64,000 bases of DNA from positions 515,740 to 579,739 of the forward strand of contig OY970181.1 of NCBI GenBank assembly GCA_963708045.1, read 5' to 3'. The notes under the pieces were generated by a model. The model was not told the DNA's origin and searched no databases. It saw nothing but the letters and a program-made list of their open reading frames with translations. The stretch is from an uncultured bacterium (GTDB lineage: Bacteria; Patescibacteriota; Patescibacteriia; CAIQCM01). Positions 18,904-27,327 of the stretch are shown here, piece after piece. Each line of letters starts with the position of its first letter. Position 1 is the first letter of the stretch. The translations under genes were made by a program, and so were the position numbers.

Positions 18904-20694
18904 ATGGAATATCCAATAGAAACCAAGCGACATTCGGCGGCGCATATAATGGCGGCGGCGATTTTTGAACTTTATCCGGGTGCCAAATTTGGCGTCGGAC
19001 CGGCAGTGGATAACGGCTTTTTTTACGACGTGCAAACCGAGAAGCCGCTAACCGAACAAGATCTTTTAAAGATAGAAAAACGAATGCGAATGATTATTTC
19101 GCGCCGCGTTCCGTTCCGCCGCGACGTGATGCCGATTGATGAAGCAATTTCGTTTTTTCGCGAGCGCAAGCAGGATTTTAAAGTTGACTTGCTTGTTGAC
19201 CTAAAAACAAAAGGCACAACCGCGGTAGAAGGCAGTGAAGCTGAAGTTTTTGACGCAAAAAAACCCGAGGAGGTCTCGGTTTATTGGACAGGGGAGTTTG
19301 TTGATCTTTGCCGCGGGCCGCACGTTGCCGACGCGTCCGAGATCGGCGTTTTTAAACTTTCCAAACTCGCCGGCGCTTATTGGCGCGGCGATGCTAAGCG
19401 CGCTCAGCTCACCCGCATTTACGGATTGGTTTTTAATACGCAAGCCGAATTAGACGCGTATCAAAAAATGCAAGAAGAGGCTGAACGCCGCGATCATCGC
19501 AAGCTTGGCGCCGAACTGGATCTGTTTACGTTTTCGCCGCTCGTCGGTTCCGGCTTGCCGCTTTTTACGCCACGCGGCACAATTCTTCGCCGTTTGCTTG
19601 AAGATTTTGTCGGCAAACTCAACGCTAAATATCACTATGAACGGGTTTGGATTCCGCACATCACCAAGTCTGATTTATATAAGACGTCCGGACATTGGGA
19701 CAAATTTGGCGATGATATTTTTCACGTTTCGTCAAAAAAATCTGACGATGAATTTGCGCTTAAACCGATGAACTGTCCGCATCACACACAAATATATGCG
19801 AGCCGACCGCGAAGTTATCGCGATCTGCCGATCCGCTACGCCGAAAATACGACTTGTTATCGTGATGAAAATACCGGACAACTGGCCGGGCTCACTCGCG
19901 TCCGCTCGCTTACGCAAGACGACGCCCATATCTTCTGCACACCAGATCAGGTGGAAAAAGAAATCGCCGGTATCTACCAAATTATCAAAACCTACTACAA
20001 AGTATTTAAGATGCAGCTTAAAATTAGGCTCTCGGTGCATGACCCCAAAGAAATGGAAAAGTATTTGGGCGGCGCTGCGGTTTGGGAAAAGGCTGTTAGC
20101 ACGCTTAAGAAGTTTTTGGCCGATAATAAGTTGGAATACGAGCTTGGCGTGGGTGAAGCGGCCTTCTACGGTCCCAAGCTGGATTTTATGAGCATTGACG
20201 CGATCGGCCGCGAGTGGCAACTGGCCACGGCGCAACTGGATTTTAATTTGCCCGATCGTTTTAGTTTGGAATACGCGGATACCGATGGAACCAAAAAACG
20301 CCCGGTAATGATCCATCGCGCTATTCTTGGATCGGTGGAACGTTTTCTTGGCGTCGCGATTGAACATTTTGCCGGTGCCTTTCCGACGTGGCTCGCGCCC
20401 GTGCAAATCGCGATCGTTCCCGTTAGTAAAGAATTTATGAGTGCGTCAAAAAAATTAAACGAGCTTTTCTTAAAAGAGGAAATGCGCGTAGAAATTTACG
20501 ACCCAAGCGAACGCGTTGGCTACAACATTAGAAAAGCGATTACAATGAAAGTTCCGTATATGCTGGTTGTTGGTGAAAAGGAAAAGTCGCTTAAAAAACT
20601 TACGGTTCGCATTCGCGGCCAACAAACAGAAAAGCAGATGACGCTAAAGCAGTTTATTGAACGGGTAAAAAAGGAAATTGCGTCAAATAAATAA
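18904..20694 (+). CDS. thrS: threonine--tRNA ligase (lacks the N-terminal TGS domain, retains the editing domain)
   Basis: Starts at the editing-domain HSAAH motif; class II catalytic core; RDHRKLG motif; C-terminal anticodon-binding domain. Confidence 0.95.
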   Translation: MEYPIETKRHSAAHIMAAAIFELYPGAKFGVGPAVDNGFFYDVQTEKPLTEQDLLKIEKRMRMIISRRVPFRRDVMPIDEAISFFRERKQDFKVDLLVDLKTKGTTAVEGSEAEVFDAKKPEEVSVYWTGEFVDLCRGPHVADASEIGVFKLSKLAGAYWRGDAKRAQLTRIYGLVFNTQAELDAYQKMQEEAERRDHRKLGAELDLFTFSPLVGSGLPLFTPRGTILRRLLEDFVGKLNAKYHYERVWIPHITKSDLYKTSGHWDKFGDDIFHVSSKKSDDEFALKPMNCPHHTQIYASRPRSYRDLPIRYAENTTCYRDENTGQLAGLTRVRSLTQDDAHIFCTPDQVEKEIAGIYQIIKTYYKVFKMQLKIRLSVHDPKEMEKYLGGAAVWEKAVSTLKKFLADNKLEYELGVGEAAFYGPKLDFMSIDAIGREWQLATAQLDFNLPDRFSLEYADTDGTKKRPVMIHRAILGSVERFLGVAIEHFAGAFPTWLAPVQIAIVPVSKEFMSASKKLNELFLKEEMRVEIYDPSERVGYNIRKAITMKVPYMLVVGEKEKSLKKLTVRIRGQQTEKQMTLKQFIERVKKEIASNK

Positions 20695-20707
20695 CTATAA
20701 TCACGCT

Positions 20708-20748
20708 AAAAATACCCCCCACTTTATAAAAAGTAGGGGGTATTTTTT
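20708..20748 (+). terminator. intrinsic terminator (aaaaatacccccc ... ggggggtattttt)
   Basis: GC-rich stem flanked by A5 and T6. Confidence 0.7.
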
Positions 20749-20877
20749 GGTGTTTATTCTTGACAAAGTGCTAATTTAGTGCTAAAAAGCATAAGCCTTG
20801 AAAATGCATTTTTGTTGAGAATTACGCCGAATAATTCGGCGTTAAAGATTTTGGCAAGCAAACAATGGGAGAACCAA

Positions 20878-21270
20878 ATGAACAGTCAACGAATGGGTTT
20901 TAAAGTATTTGTGAGGAGTATTGCGCACGCGCTTGCACTTGAGCTCACTGAGGACGAGCTTGAAATGATTAGCAAAACGGTTAACGGCCTTTTTGGACTA
21001 GCAATTGATGAAGTAAGTTTGAGTCTTGTTAACCAAGTTCAGCGCCGTTTGCCGCAAGACGAGCACTCACGTGGGGTGATGCGTGAACGAACGATCAATA
21101 CCTGTCTTCGTCGGAACGACGCGTTTAGAGAGGTGCTTCGCGATTTGATCAGTAGGGTTACTGCGTCATCGGGTGACAAACGCGCGGACTGCATCGGTTT
21201 CATCCTCTACTGGGTCACGCAAGGCATAGAGACTAATCGGCAGTTTAGCGTCAGCGCTACTCACCTTTAG
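20878..21270 (+). CDS. hypothetical protein (130 aa)
   Basis: ATG 20878 preceded by GGGAGA SD; the track's upstream extension to 20779 covers promoter/operator-like sequence; no recognisable domain. Confidence 0.4.
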   Translation: MNSQRMGFKVFVRSIAHALALELTEDELEMISKTVNGLFGLAIDEVSLSLVNQVQRRLPQDEHSRGVMRERTINTCLRRNDAFREVLRDLISRVTASSGDKRADCIGFILYWVTQGIETNRQFSVSATHL

Positions 21271-21374
21271 CAATCTCTATCAAAATGGGCGGCACGCAAC
21301 ACGCGGCCGCCCATCTTCATTTGCGGATATAATAAAATTTTCGGTCGTGTTAGAATAATTTAATAAACAATCAA

Positions 21375-22265
21375 TTGATGACAAAAAAACTTCCAAAACT
21401 TCTGGTTATTTGCGGGCCAACGGCGTCAGGTAAAACCGAGCTCGCAATTGCCCTCGCCAAAAAATATAACGGCGTACTGATTGCCGCTGATTCGCGCACG
21501 GTTTATAAATATATGGATATTGGCACGGGTAAGGATTTAAGTTATCCGCATAAGCTTATTAACATTGTTTGCCCAGACGAGACGCTAACACTGGCTAGTT
21601 ACAAGAAAAAAGCGGTCGCTGCGGTTCGCGCTGCGGTTCGCGCTGGGAAATTGCCGATTTTGGTCGGCGGAACTGGGCTGTATATTTGGGCGATTGTTGA
21701 TAATCTTTTGATTCCCAAAGTTGCTGCCAACGAAAAAATGCGCGAAGAATTGGAAAAGAAAACAGCCGACGAGCTTTATACGCTTTTGAATTCCATTGAC
21801 CCAGCCGCGGCTAAAGTAACGGGAAAAAATAAGCGCCGAATGATTCGTGCACTAGAAGTGGTCGCCGCTTCTGGCAATAAATTTTCTGAAAGCACGAAAA
21901 AAGGCAAACCACTTTTTGATTTTTTGGAGCTCGGTATATTTTTGCCGCGCGAAGAATTGGTTAAAAGAATAGATAAGCGCGTTCAGACAATGATCAACGC
22001 TGGTTTTATGGCTGAGGTTTTGTATCTTAGAAAAAAATTGTATTTGCCGGATCTGCCGGCAATGAGCGGGATCGGTTACAAAGAATTAAACGACGTAATT
22101 GACGGAAAGGGGACGATTGACGAAGCGGTGGAGCGGATAAAAGCGCGGACGCGTCAATATGCCCGTCGGCAAATGACCTGGTTTCGTCGCGATAAACGGA
22201 TTAATTGGATTGGTGGGTTGGCTGAAGCCGACGCACTAGTAAAAAGATGGTTATCTGCCTCCTAG
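21375..22265 (+). CDS. miaA: tRNA dimethylallyltransferase
   Basis: P-loop GPTASGKT; DSRTVYKYMDIGTGK; full-length IPP transferase. Confidence 0.9.
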   Translation: MMTKKLPKLLVICGPTASGKTELAIALAKKYNGVLIAADSRTVYKYMDIGTGKDLSYPHKLINIVCPDETLTLASYKKKAVAAVRAAVRAGKLPILVGGTGLYIWAIVDNLLIPKVAANEKMREELEKKTADELYTLLNSIDPAAAKVTGKNKRRMIRALEVVAASGNKFSESTKKGKPLFDFLELGIFLPREELVKRIDKRVQTMINAGFMAEVLYLRKKLYLPDLPAMSGIGYKELNDVIDGKGTIDEAVERIKARTRQYARRQMTWFRRDKRINWIGGLAEADALVKRWLSAS

Positions 22266-22323
22266 TGCGGAAAACTCAATTATTTGCTATAATATAGGCA
22301 GTTAATTCATCTATTTTTATCGT

Positions 22324-22506
22324 ATGGAAGGACAAACAATGTCGATTGAGGCCTATTGCGTTAAGTGCAAGGCCAAGCGGGAAATGAAGAGCCCTGCAGA
22401 GGTTGAGATGAAGGGCAAGGGCGACGTTAAACGTCGCGCAATGACCGGCCTTTGCGCCGTCTGCGGCACCAAAATGTTTAAGATTTTAGGCAACAAACCA
22501 GCCTAA
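22324..22506 (+). CDS. small zinc-ribbon protein (CxxC...CxxC)
   Basis: 60 aa with paired CVKC ... CAVCG motifs; followed by the terminator at 22509-22540. Confidence 0.5.
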   Translation: MEGQTMSIEAYCVKCKAKREMKSPAEVEMKGKGDVKRRAMTGLCAVCGTKMFKILGNKPA

Positions 22507-22508
22507 CC

Positions 22509-22540
22509 CAAAATCCCTCCGAGCACTCGGAGGGATTTTG
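22509..22540 (+). terminator. intrinsic terminator (aaatccctccgag ca ctcggagggattt)
   Basis: 13-bp stem and a T-run, directly followed by TATAAT 22544-22549 and the leaderless ATG at 22558. Confidence 0.75.
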
Positions 22541-22557
22541 TTATATAATAATTTTGT

Positions 22558-23325
22558 ATGGCAAAGTTATTTATAGGAAAAATTGTCGCAATTGGCGGAG
22601 GCGAAATGGGGCGGCCGGGGTATCCCGTAGAAACGACAAAAATAGACAAGGAAATAATCCGTTTAACCGGTAAAAAATATCCCAAGATATTATTTATTCC
22701 GACGGCAAGCAATGACTCTGTATCTTATTACGAAATTTTTAAAAAACATTTTGGCAAGCGTTTGGGCTGCCAAACTGATGTTTTGTATTTAATAAATAAT
22801 AAATTGAACAAAAAAGAAATCACCGAAAAAATATTTTCGGCGGATGCGATTTATGTCGGCGGGGGAAATACTTTGCGCCTCATGAACGCATGGCGCCGTC
22901 GCGGTGTAGACAAAATTTTAAAAAAGGCGCTCCGGGCGGGGATTGTGCTTTCGGGGGTAAGCGCCGGCTCGCTTTGTTGGTTTAAGTGGGGAAATTCCGA
23001 TTCGCGAAAATCAAAATCAAACCCGAATAATTTTATTATTGTTCGTGGTCTAGATTTTATACCACTGGCGCACTGTCCGCATTTTGATGTTGAAAAAGAA
23101 CGCGAGACGTCGCTTAAGAAAATGGTTAAAGTTAAAAAAGATGTTTGTGTTGCTTTGGATAACTGCTCGGCCATCACAATGATTGATGGCCGGTATCGGA
23201 TAATCTCGTCAAAGCGCACGGCTAATGCTTATAAGATATATCATCAAAATGGTCAATATCGTAAAGAGTTGATTAAAAAAGAAAATCAATTTAATCATTT
23301 TTCAAAATTACTAACTAAGTCATAG
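22558..23325 (+). CDS. peptidase E / cyanophycinase-like serine peptidase (family S51)
   Basis: S51 fold motifs LFIPTAS, YVGGGNT, GVSAGS (nucleophile Ser), His in HCPHFD. Confidence 0.7.
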   Translation: MAKLFIGKIVAIGGGEMGRPGYPVETTKIDKEIIRLTGKKYPKILFIPTASNDSVSYYEIFKKHFGKRLGCQTDVLYLINNKLNKKEITEKIFSADAIYVGGGNTLRLMNAWRRRGVDKILKKALRAGIVLSGVSAGSLCWFKWGNSDSRKSKSNPNNFIIVRGLDFIPLAHCPHFDVEKERETSLKKMVKVKKDVCVALDNCSAITMIDGRYRIISSKRTANAYKIYHQNGQYRKELIKKENQFNHFSKLLTKS

Positions 23326-23377
23326 TTTTTGGTTTCGTGCTATAATTAAATTAATTAATAATTTAATTATATTTTTT

Positions 23378-24241
23378 ATGAATTCAACCTTAAAAAATAC
23401 GATTGCTGTTTTGGGTGCCGTAGTCGCGCTCGTACTTGCATACGCCGCCGTTAGTTATGTAACGTCGTATGGAAAATCAATTCAGCCGTCGTCATTTAGA
23501 AGTTTTTCCGTATCAGCCGAAGGTAAGTCGGTGAGTATTCCTGATGTGGCGCAATTTTCGTTTCAGGTTATAACCGAAGGTGGTAAGGACTTGACCGATT
23601 TGCAAACAAAAAATACCGAAGCTATGAATAACGCCATAGACTTTGTTAAGGGTCAGGGCGTTGACGCAAAAGATATTAAGATCTCGTCATACAACGTTAA
23701 TCCGCGCTACGAAAATTATAATTGTTATGATGCGCCGGCCGAATTGGATTATATGGAAAAGTCGTCGGTATCGTCCGGTTCGTCATCGGGGGTCGCGACT
23801 GCGCCCGCCGTGGCCGAGAGAATGGTAAAAACATGTCCGCCGCCTGCGATTGCTGGTTACACTATCACTCAATCGGTTGCCGTTAAAATTAGGGACTTTA
23901 AAAAAATAAGCAACATTATGTCTGGCGTGGTAACAAATGGCGCTAATCAGATTGGTTCTCTTTTCTTTACCACCGACGATCCAACCACTCCTCAAGACAA
24001 AGCGCGTGCCGAAGCAATTGCCAAAGCTAAGGTTAAGGCTGAAGCGATGGCAAAAGCCGGAGGCTTTAAAATTGGTCGCTTGCTAGGCATTACCGATGGC
24101 AGTTATAGTCCTTACGCGGCATACCGAAGCTACGACGCTGTAGGTTTAGCTAGCGACGCAAAAGCAGAATCTGTCCCAACCATTGAACCCGGCTCACAAG
24201 AAACATCTATCAGTGTAACTTTGCAGTACGAGATTCTGTAA
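23378..24241 (+). CDS. SIMPL domain (DUF541) periplasmic protein
   Basis: Signal peptide/TM; SVSAEGKSVSIPD ... IAGYTITQSVAVKIRD ... KAKVKAEAMAKAGGFKIGRL pattern of DUF541. Confidence 0.7.
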   Translation: MNSTLKNTIAVLGAVVALVLAYAAVSYVTSYGKSIQPSSFRSFSVSAEGKSVSIPDVAQFSFQVITEGGKDLTDLQTKNTEAMNNAIDFVKGQGVDAKDIKISSYNVNPRYENYNCYDAPAELDYMEKSSVSSGSSSGVATAPAVAERMVKTCPPPAIAGYTITQSVAVKIRDFKKISNIMSGVVTNGANQIGSLFFTTDDPTTPQDKARAEAIAKAKVKAEAMAKAGGFKIGRLLGITDGSYSPYAAYRSYDAVGLASDAKAESVPTIEPGSQETSISVTLQYEIL

Positions 24242-24260
24242 ATAAAATTTATTGTATAAA

Positions 24261-24297
24261 ATAAACATCCCCACTTTTACTAAAGTGGGGATGTTTA
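24261..24297 (+). terminator. intrinsic terminator (ataaacatccccacttt act aaagtggggatgtttat)
   Basis: 17-bp stem, AT-rich flanks. Confidence 0.7.
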
Positions 24298-24390
24298 TAT
24301 AAACGATAAATTTACAACGTCTAATTGATAATCAATTAATTTTTTTGATACAGAACAATATATATGGCGATTAATGTTTATGATTTTTTG

Positions 24391-24428
24391 CCCTCCCATC
24401 TTTCCACGATCGTGGAAAGATGGGAGGG
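24391..24428 (-). terminator. 38-nt perfect palindrome terminator downstream of the CYTH gene
   Basis: ccctcccatctttccacgat|cgtggaaagatgggaggg. Confidence 0.7.
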
Positions 24429-24452
24429 ATATTGGTAGCGTATTTAATTTTT

Positions 24453-25052
24453 TTAAAAATCTTTTATCACGCCGGCTTTGAGCAAGGCTTGGTAGTGATT
24501 GGGGCTTTTTTGTTTTAAAAATTCCAGAACTTTTCCCCGAACAGTCGTGGTTTTTAAATTTTTTTCTTTTGCAAAAGCTATAATTTTGTTTATGGTCGTG
24601 TCAATTTCGGAGGCGTTGTTCACCATTAATTCTATTTCGCCGATTTTATAGTCAAAGTTAAAACCGGTAACCGTATCAAGATCAATGTTAAAATCGTCTT
24701 TTTTAAATTTTTTTCGCGTTGTCGTGAGTGAACAAAAAGGGGTGTAGTTATTTTCCTTAAGATCGTCAGAAAACGATCCTTGTTTTGCTAAACCGAGCGC
24801 GGTGCGGATTTTTTCTTCATCTTCCAGTTCTTCGTATTGATCAGCTAGGCGGTCAACGCCTTTGTGCAAGGGGAGTTTGAGTTCAAAACGATTGTCGCGA
24901 GCGCGCAGCCAAATATCTTTGGTTGTAAGAGAAAACGATGGCGTATCGTAATAAGTGTCGGTAAAAACGCGCTCTTTTAAAAATTCAGCGCCGTTTGTGA
25001 GCCGCGTGATGTCGTCTTCGTTCAGCAGAAATTTTTTTTCAACTTCTATCAT
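24453..25052 (-). CDS. CYTH domain protein (class IV adenylyl cyclase / inorganic triphosphatase superfamily)
   Basis: N-terminal EVEKKF (ExExK) signature; ~190 aa; acidic motifs through the barrel. Confidence 0.65.
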   Translation of the reverse strand: MIEVEKKFLLNEDDITRLTNGAEFLKERVFTDTYYDTPSFSLTTKDIWLRARDNRFELKLPLHKGVDRLADQYEELEDEEKIRTALGLAKQGSFSDDLKENNYTPFCSLTTTRKKFKKDDFNIDLDTVTGFNFDYKIGEIELMVNNASEIDTTINKIIAFAKEKNLKTTTVRGKVLEFLKQKSPNHYQALLKAGVIKDF

Positions 25053-25063
25053 AGTAATATAAA

Positions 25064-25258
25064 TTATTTATCAAAAATAAATAAGTCGTCTAGGTTTGAA
25101 CGCAAAGCGCGGCTGACGTCGTGAGCGAGCTTTAGTGAAGGATTATATTTTCCTTGTTCAAGAAAAATAATTGTCTCGCGCCGAACGCCGGCTTTTTTTG
25201 CCAGTTCTTCTTGGGTAATGTTAAGTTTGGTGCGCAATTCTTTAATGCGATTAGTCAT
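25064..25258 (-). CDS. XRE-family helix-turn-helix transcriptional regulator
   Basis: 64 aa; [26 protein letters not shown]_3 motif. Confidence 0.85.
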   Translation of the reverse strand: MTNRIKELRTKLNITQEELAKKAGVRRETIIFLEQGKYNPSLKLAHDVSRALRSNLDDLFIFDK

Positions 25259-25262
25259 AAAA

Positions 25263-25808
25263 TTATTTGCAGGCGCTTTGCGGAGCGGCGAACGACGGCG
25301 CGCCGTGCCTTACCCAAACGCCATTTTGGCAGATCCAATTGTCTTCGCCGGAGAGCAAGCGAAGGCCGGCAATAAGCAAAACAACTGCAATTAGAATAAT
25401 GACGATTGTACCTATAGTTTTGTGGTTGGTTAATTTAATCCGGTCGTGGTATCTGAAAATTAATGAATAAACGATCATTAAAAAACAAGCTGAAAATGCC
25501 AGCGTGTGCGCGATTGATTCGTATGACGGGTTGGTGTTGCGGAAAGTGTAAAAGAAAAGCATCCCAACCACCGCGAGCCAAGAAAATATTTGTAAAGTTA
25601 AAAGCGCTGCCTTGCCGCCCAAAGCATAATCGCGTTCATCGGCAATGACTTCTTTTACGCGCCGGCGCAGGATAAGCATAACGAGCGTCGCGACAATGAT
25701 TGTGACAATAGGAAGAAAAAAACTTTCAAAAACAATCGCTTGGCTCACGGTAATGCCGATAATGACGGCGGCGATAATTTGAATTTGCTTAAAGGTTTTT
25801 AACGTCAT
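25263..25808 (-). CDS. DUF2178-like multi-TM membrane protein (typical partner of XRE HTH regulators)
   Basis: Four predicted TM helices with the DUF2178 layout; ATG at 25808 (the track used TTG 25814); 4 nt from the XRE gene; extra C-terminal Cys pair. Confidence 0.55.
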   Translation of the reverse strand: MTLKTFKQIQIIAAVIIGITVSQAIVFESFFLPIVTIIVATLVMLILRRRVKEVIADERDYALGGKAALLTLQIFSWLAVVGMLFFYTFRNTNPSYESIAHTLAFSACFLMIVYSLIFRYHDRIKLTNHKTIGTIVIILIAVVLLIAGLRLLSGEDNWICQNGVWVRHGAPSFAAPQSACK

Positions 25809-25812
25809 ATTC

Positions 25813-25868
25813 AATGTTAGAATTAATTAACTTTATTTTATGTTATATAATTCTAACATTGGTGTCAA
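25813..25868 (-). promoter_or_regulatory. promoter (TTGACA-15-TATAAC) overlapped by a 13-bp perfect inverted repeat operator (AATGTTAGAATTA, 22-nt spacer, TAATTCTAACATT)
   Basis: -35 at 25863-25868 and -10 at 25842-25847 on the minus strand; IR arms at 25813-25825 and 25848-25860 bracket the -10 and the 5'UTR of the DUF2178-XRE-CYTH operon. Confidence 0.5.
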
Positions 25869-26123
25869 GCAGTGGATAAGTAGAATAAAATAGGGGGTCG
25901 GGTATATCATTTTTTTGAGCATAGTAGTATTTTTTATGTTTGTAAAAAGTGCATGAGTAACGCATTTTAAATAAAACCCTTCTGTACACCATTTCGCGCG
26001 GCCGGACGAAATGGTGTACATGGTTTTTTCGGGGAAATATTCTATAAAACTAGAATTTTTTATTATTAGAAAGGGACTGGCATCGGACGCCAGTCCCTTT
26101 GTCGTGAAGGTTCAAAGTCGGAG

Positions 26124-26471
26124 TTATTTGGTGACTAGCCAAGCGCGCGACCAGATGCGGTAGACGTTGTGATAGTCGTTTTCAACCATTAAACCAAAAG
26201 CAAGTTCCTCGCGTGCCCCATCGCCGTCGCCACCAAAGGTTCCGGCGATGGGGCCTCCGCTAAAGCAGCTCGTGCCCCAGCGTTTTCGTTCCATTTCAAT
26301 GAATGCCCAGAACGCTTCGGCAACGGTTAGTTGTTGTTCGGGAAACTGATCGTATCGCTCTTCGCCTAAAACATTGAACATAAAACGAAGTCCGAATTTG
26401 GAGACGACGCGCATCTGTGCGAGATATCCGTCGTCAATTGGTTTTTTTCGACTCACTAAAGAACGCGGCAT
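26124..26471 (-). CDS. hypothetical protein
   Basis: 115-aa ORF; overlaps the upstream ORF by 38 nt in another frame; no motif. Confidence 0.3.
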   Translation of the reverse strand: MPRSLVSRKKPIDDGYLAQMRVVSKFGLRFMFNVLGEERYDQFPEQQLTVAEAFWAFIEMERKRWGTSCFSGGPIAGTFGGDGDGAREELAFGLMVENDYHNVYRIWSRAWLVTK

Positions 26472-26778
26472 AGTCTACTGAAGCGCGCCCATGACCATCA
26501 TGGATTCCGGTGATACGCATAAGCGCATCAAAGTCCGCTTTCGCGATGTCGTTTCCAAAGTAGATTACGCCACCGTGCTCCTCTTCGGGCGGGGCACTCA
26601 GAAAAGGATTGTTTTTATCCATATCCTGGTATCCGTAGACGCTATTACCACTCGGGGCGAACATGGTGAGGTAGCCGGGTTTTCTTTCTGCTACGGGATC
26701 AGGCCAATCGGGTGGGGAAATTTTAATCTTCTTCATTAGCTCTGCGAGTGCTTGTGAGTCGGGTTTATTTTGCGCCAT
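26434..26778 (-). CDS. hypothetical protein
   Basis: 114-aa ORF; no motif. Confidence 0.3.
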   Translation of the reverse strand: MAQNKPDSQALAELMKKIKISPPDWPDPVAERKPGYLTMFAPSGNSVYGYQDMDKNNPFLSAPPEEEHGGVIYFGNDIAKADFDALMRITGIHDGHGRASVDYAAFFSESKKTN

Positions 26779-26886
26779 CGGCGTTTCCTTTTCGTGGGTT
26801 GTTATGGTGCTATTTGTCGCTCAACCATAGATAAATTATCGATAAATGTCAAGAATACTGTCTTGGTATTTATGCTTTGAAAAACT

Positions 26887-26913
26887 AAAAGGCCGCCTTG
26901 TAGCGGCCTTTTA
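26887..26913 (-). terminator. intrinsic terminator (aaaaggccgc cttgtag cggcctttt)
   Basis: 8-bp GC stem with A/T flanks, downstream of the 26954-27280 gene. Confidence 0.65.
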
Positions 26914-26953
26914 GACTATCTAAAAAATCATTATCTTCTACATCCGACGGGTA

Positions 26954-27280
26954 CTAGTTCAATATTTCTATTGCCCGCTTAATGGCGACATAACCGTATG
27001 CCCAAAGGAAGGGGAGCCAAAGTGGCATAACGCCAAAGAGTGTGTTGCGTTTAAATGTTTCAACACCCGTGCTCACGAAAAAATATTCTGCAATGATCAT
27101 TATAAAAAATCCAAAGACAAGGATAAGAATATCGTTTTTATTTCTTTTGTTCGTGAGAGAAATTAAAATAATTGCAGCATAGATTGCTGTAAGCCAATAA
27201 TCATTCGCAACGAGCGGGATAAGGCCGATCATAATAATGATCGGGATGGTGTCTAGGACAATCCGTAACGCTTTTTTCAT
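26954..27280 (-). CDS. hypothetical 3-4 TM membrane protein
   Basis: 108 aa, hydrophobic helices, no motif. Confidence 0.4.
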   Translation of the reverse strand: MKKALRIVLDTIPIIIMIGLIPLVANDYWLTAIYAAIILISLTNKRNKNDILILVFGFFIMIIAEYFFVSTGVETFKRNTLFGVMPLWLPFLWAYGYVAIKRAIEILN

Positions 27281-27298
27281 ATCATTTTTAAATCAGGA

Positions 27299-27320
27299 GG
27301 CCGGGCTCATTAGCCCGGCC
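27299..27320 (-). terminator. terminator hairpin downstream of gatB (ggccgggc tcatta gcccggcc)
   Basis: 8-bp GC stem. Confidence 0.6.
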
Positions 27321-27327
27321 TTTAAAG

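Noticed and set aside
25833-26021. 62-aa minus-strand ORF in the spacer upstream of the DUF2178 operon
   Set aside because: AT-rich, no SD, and overlaps promoter and hairpin elements; likely non-coding
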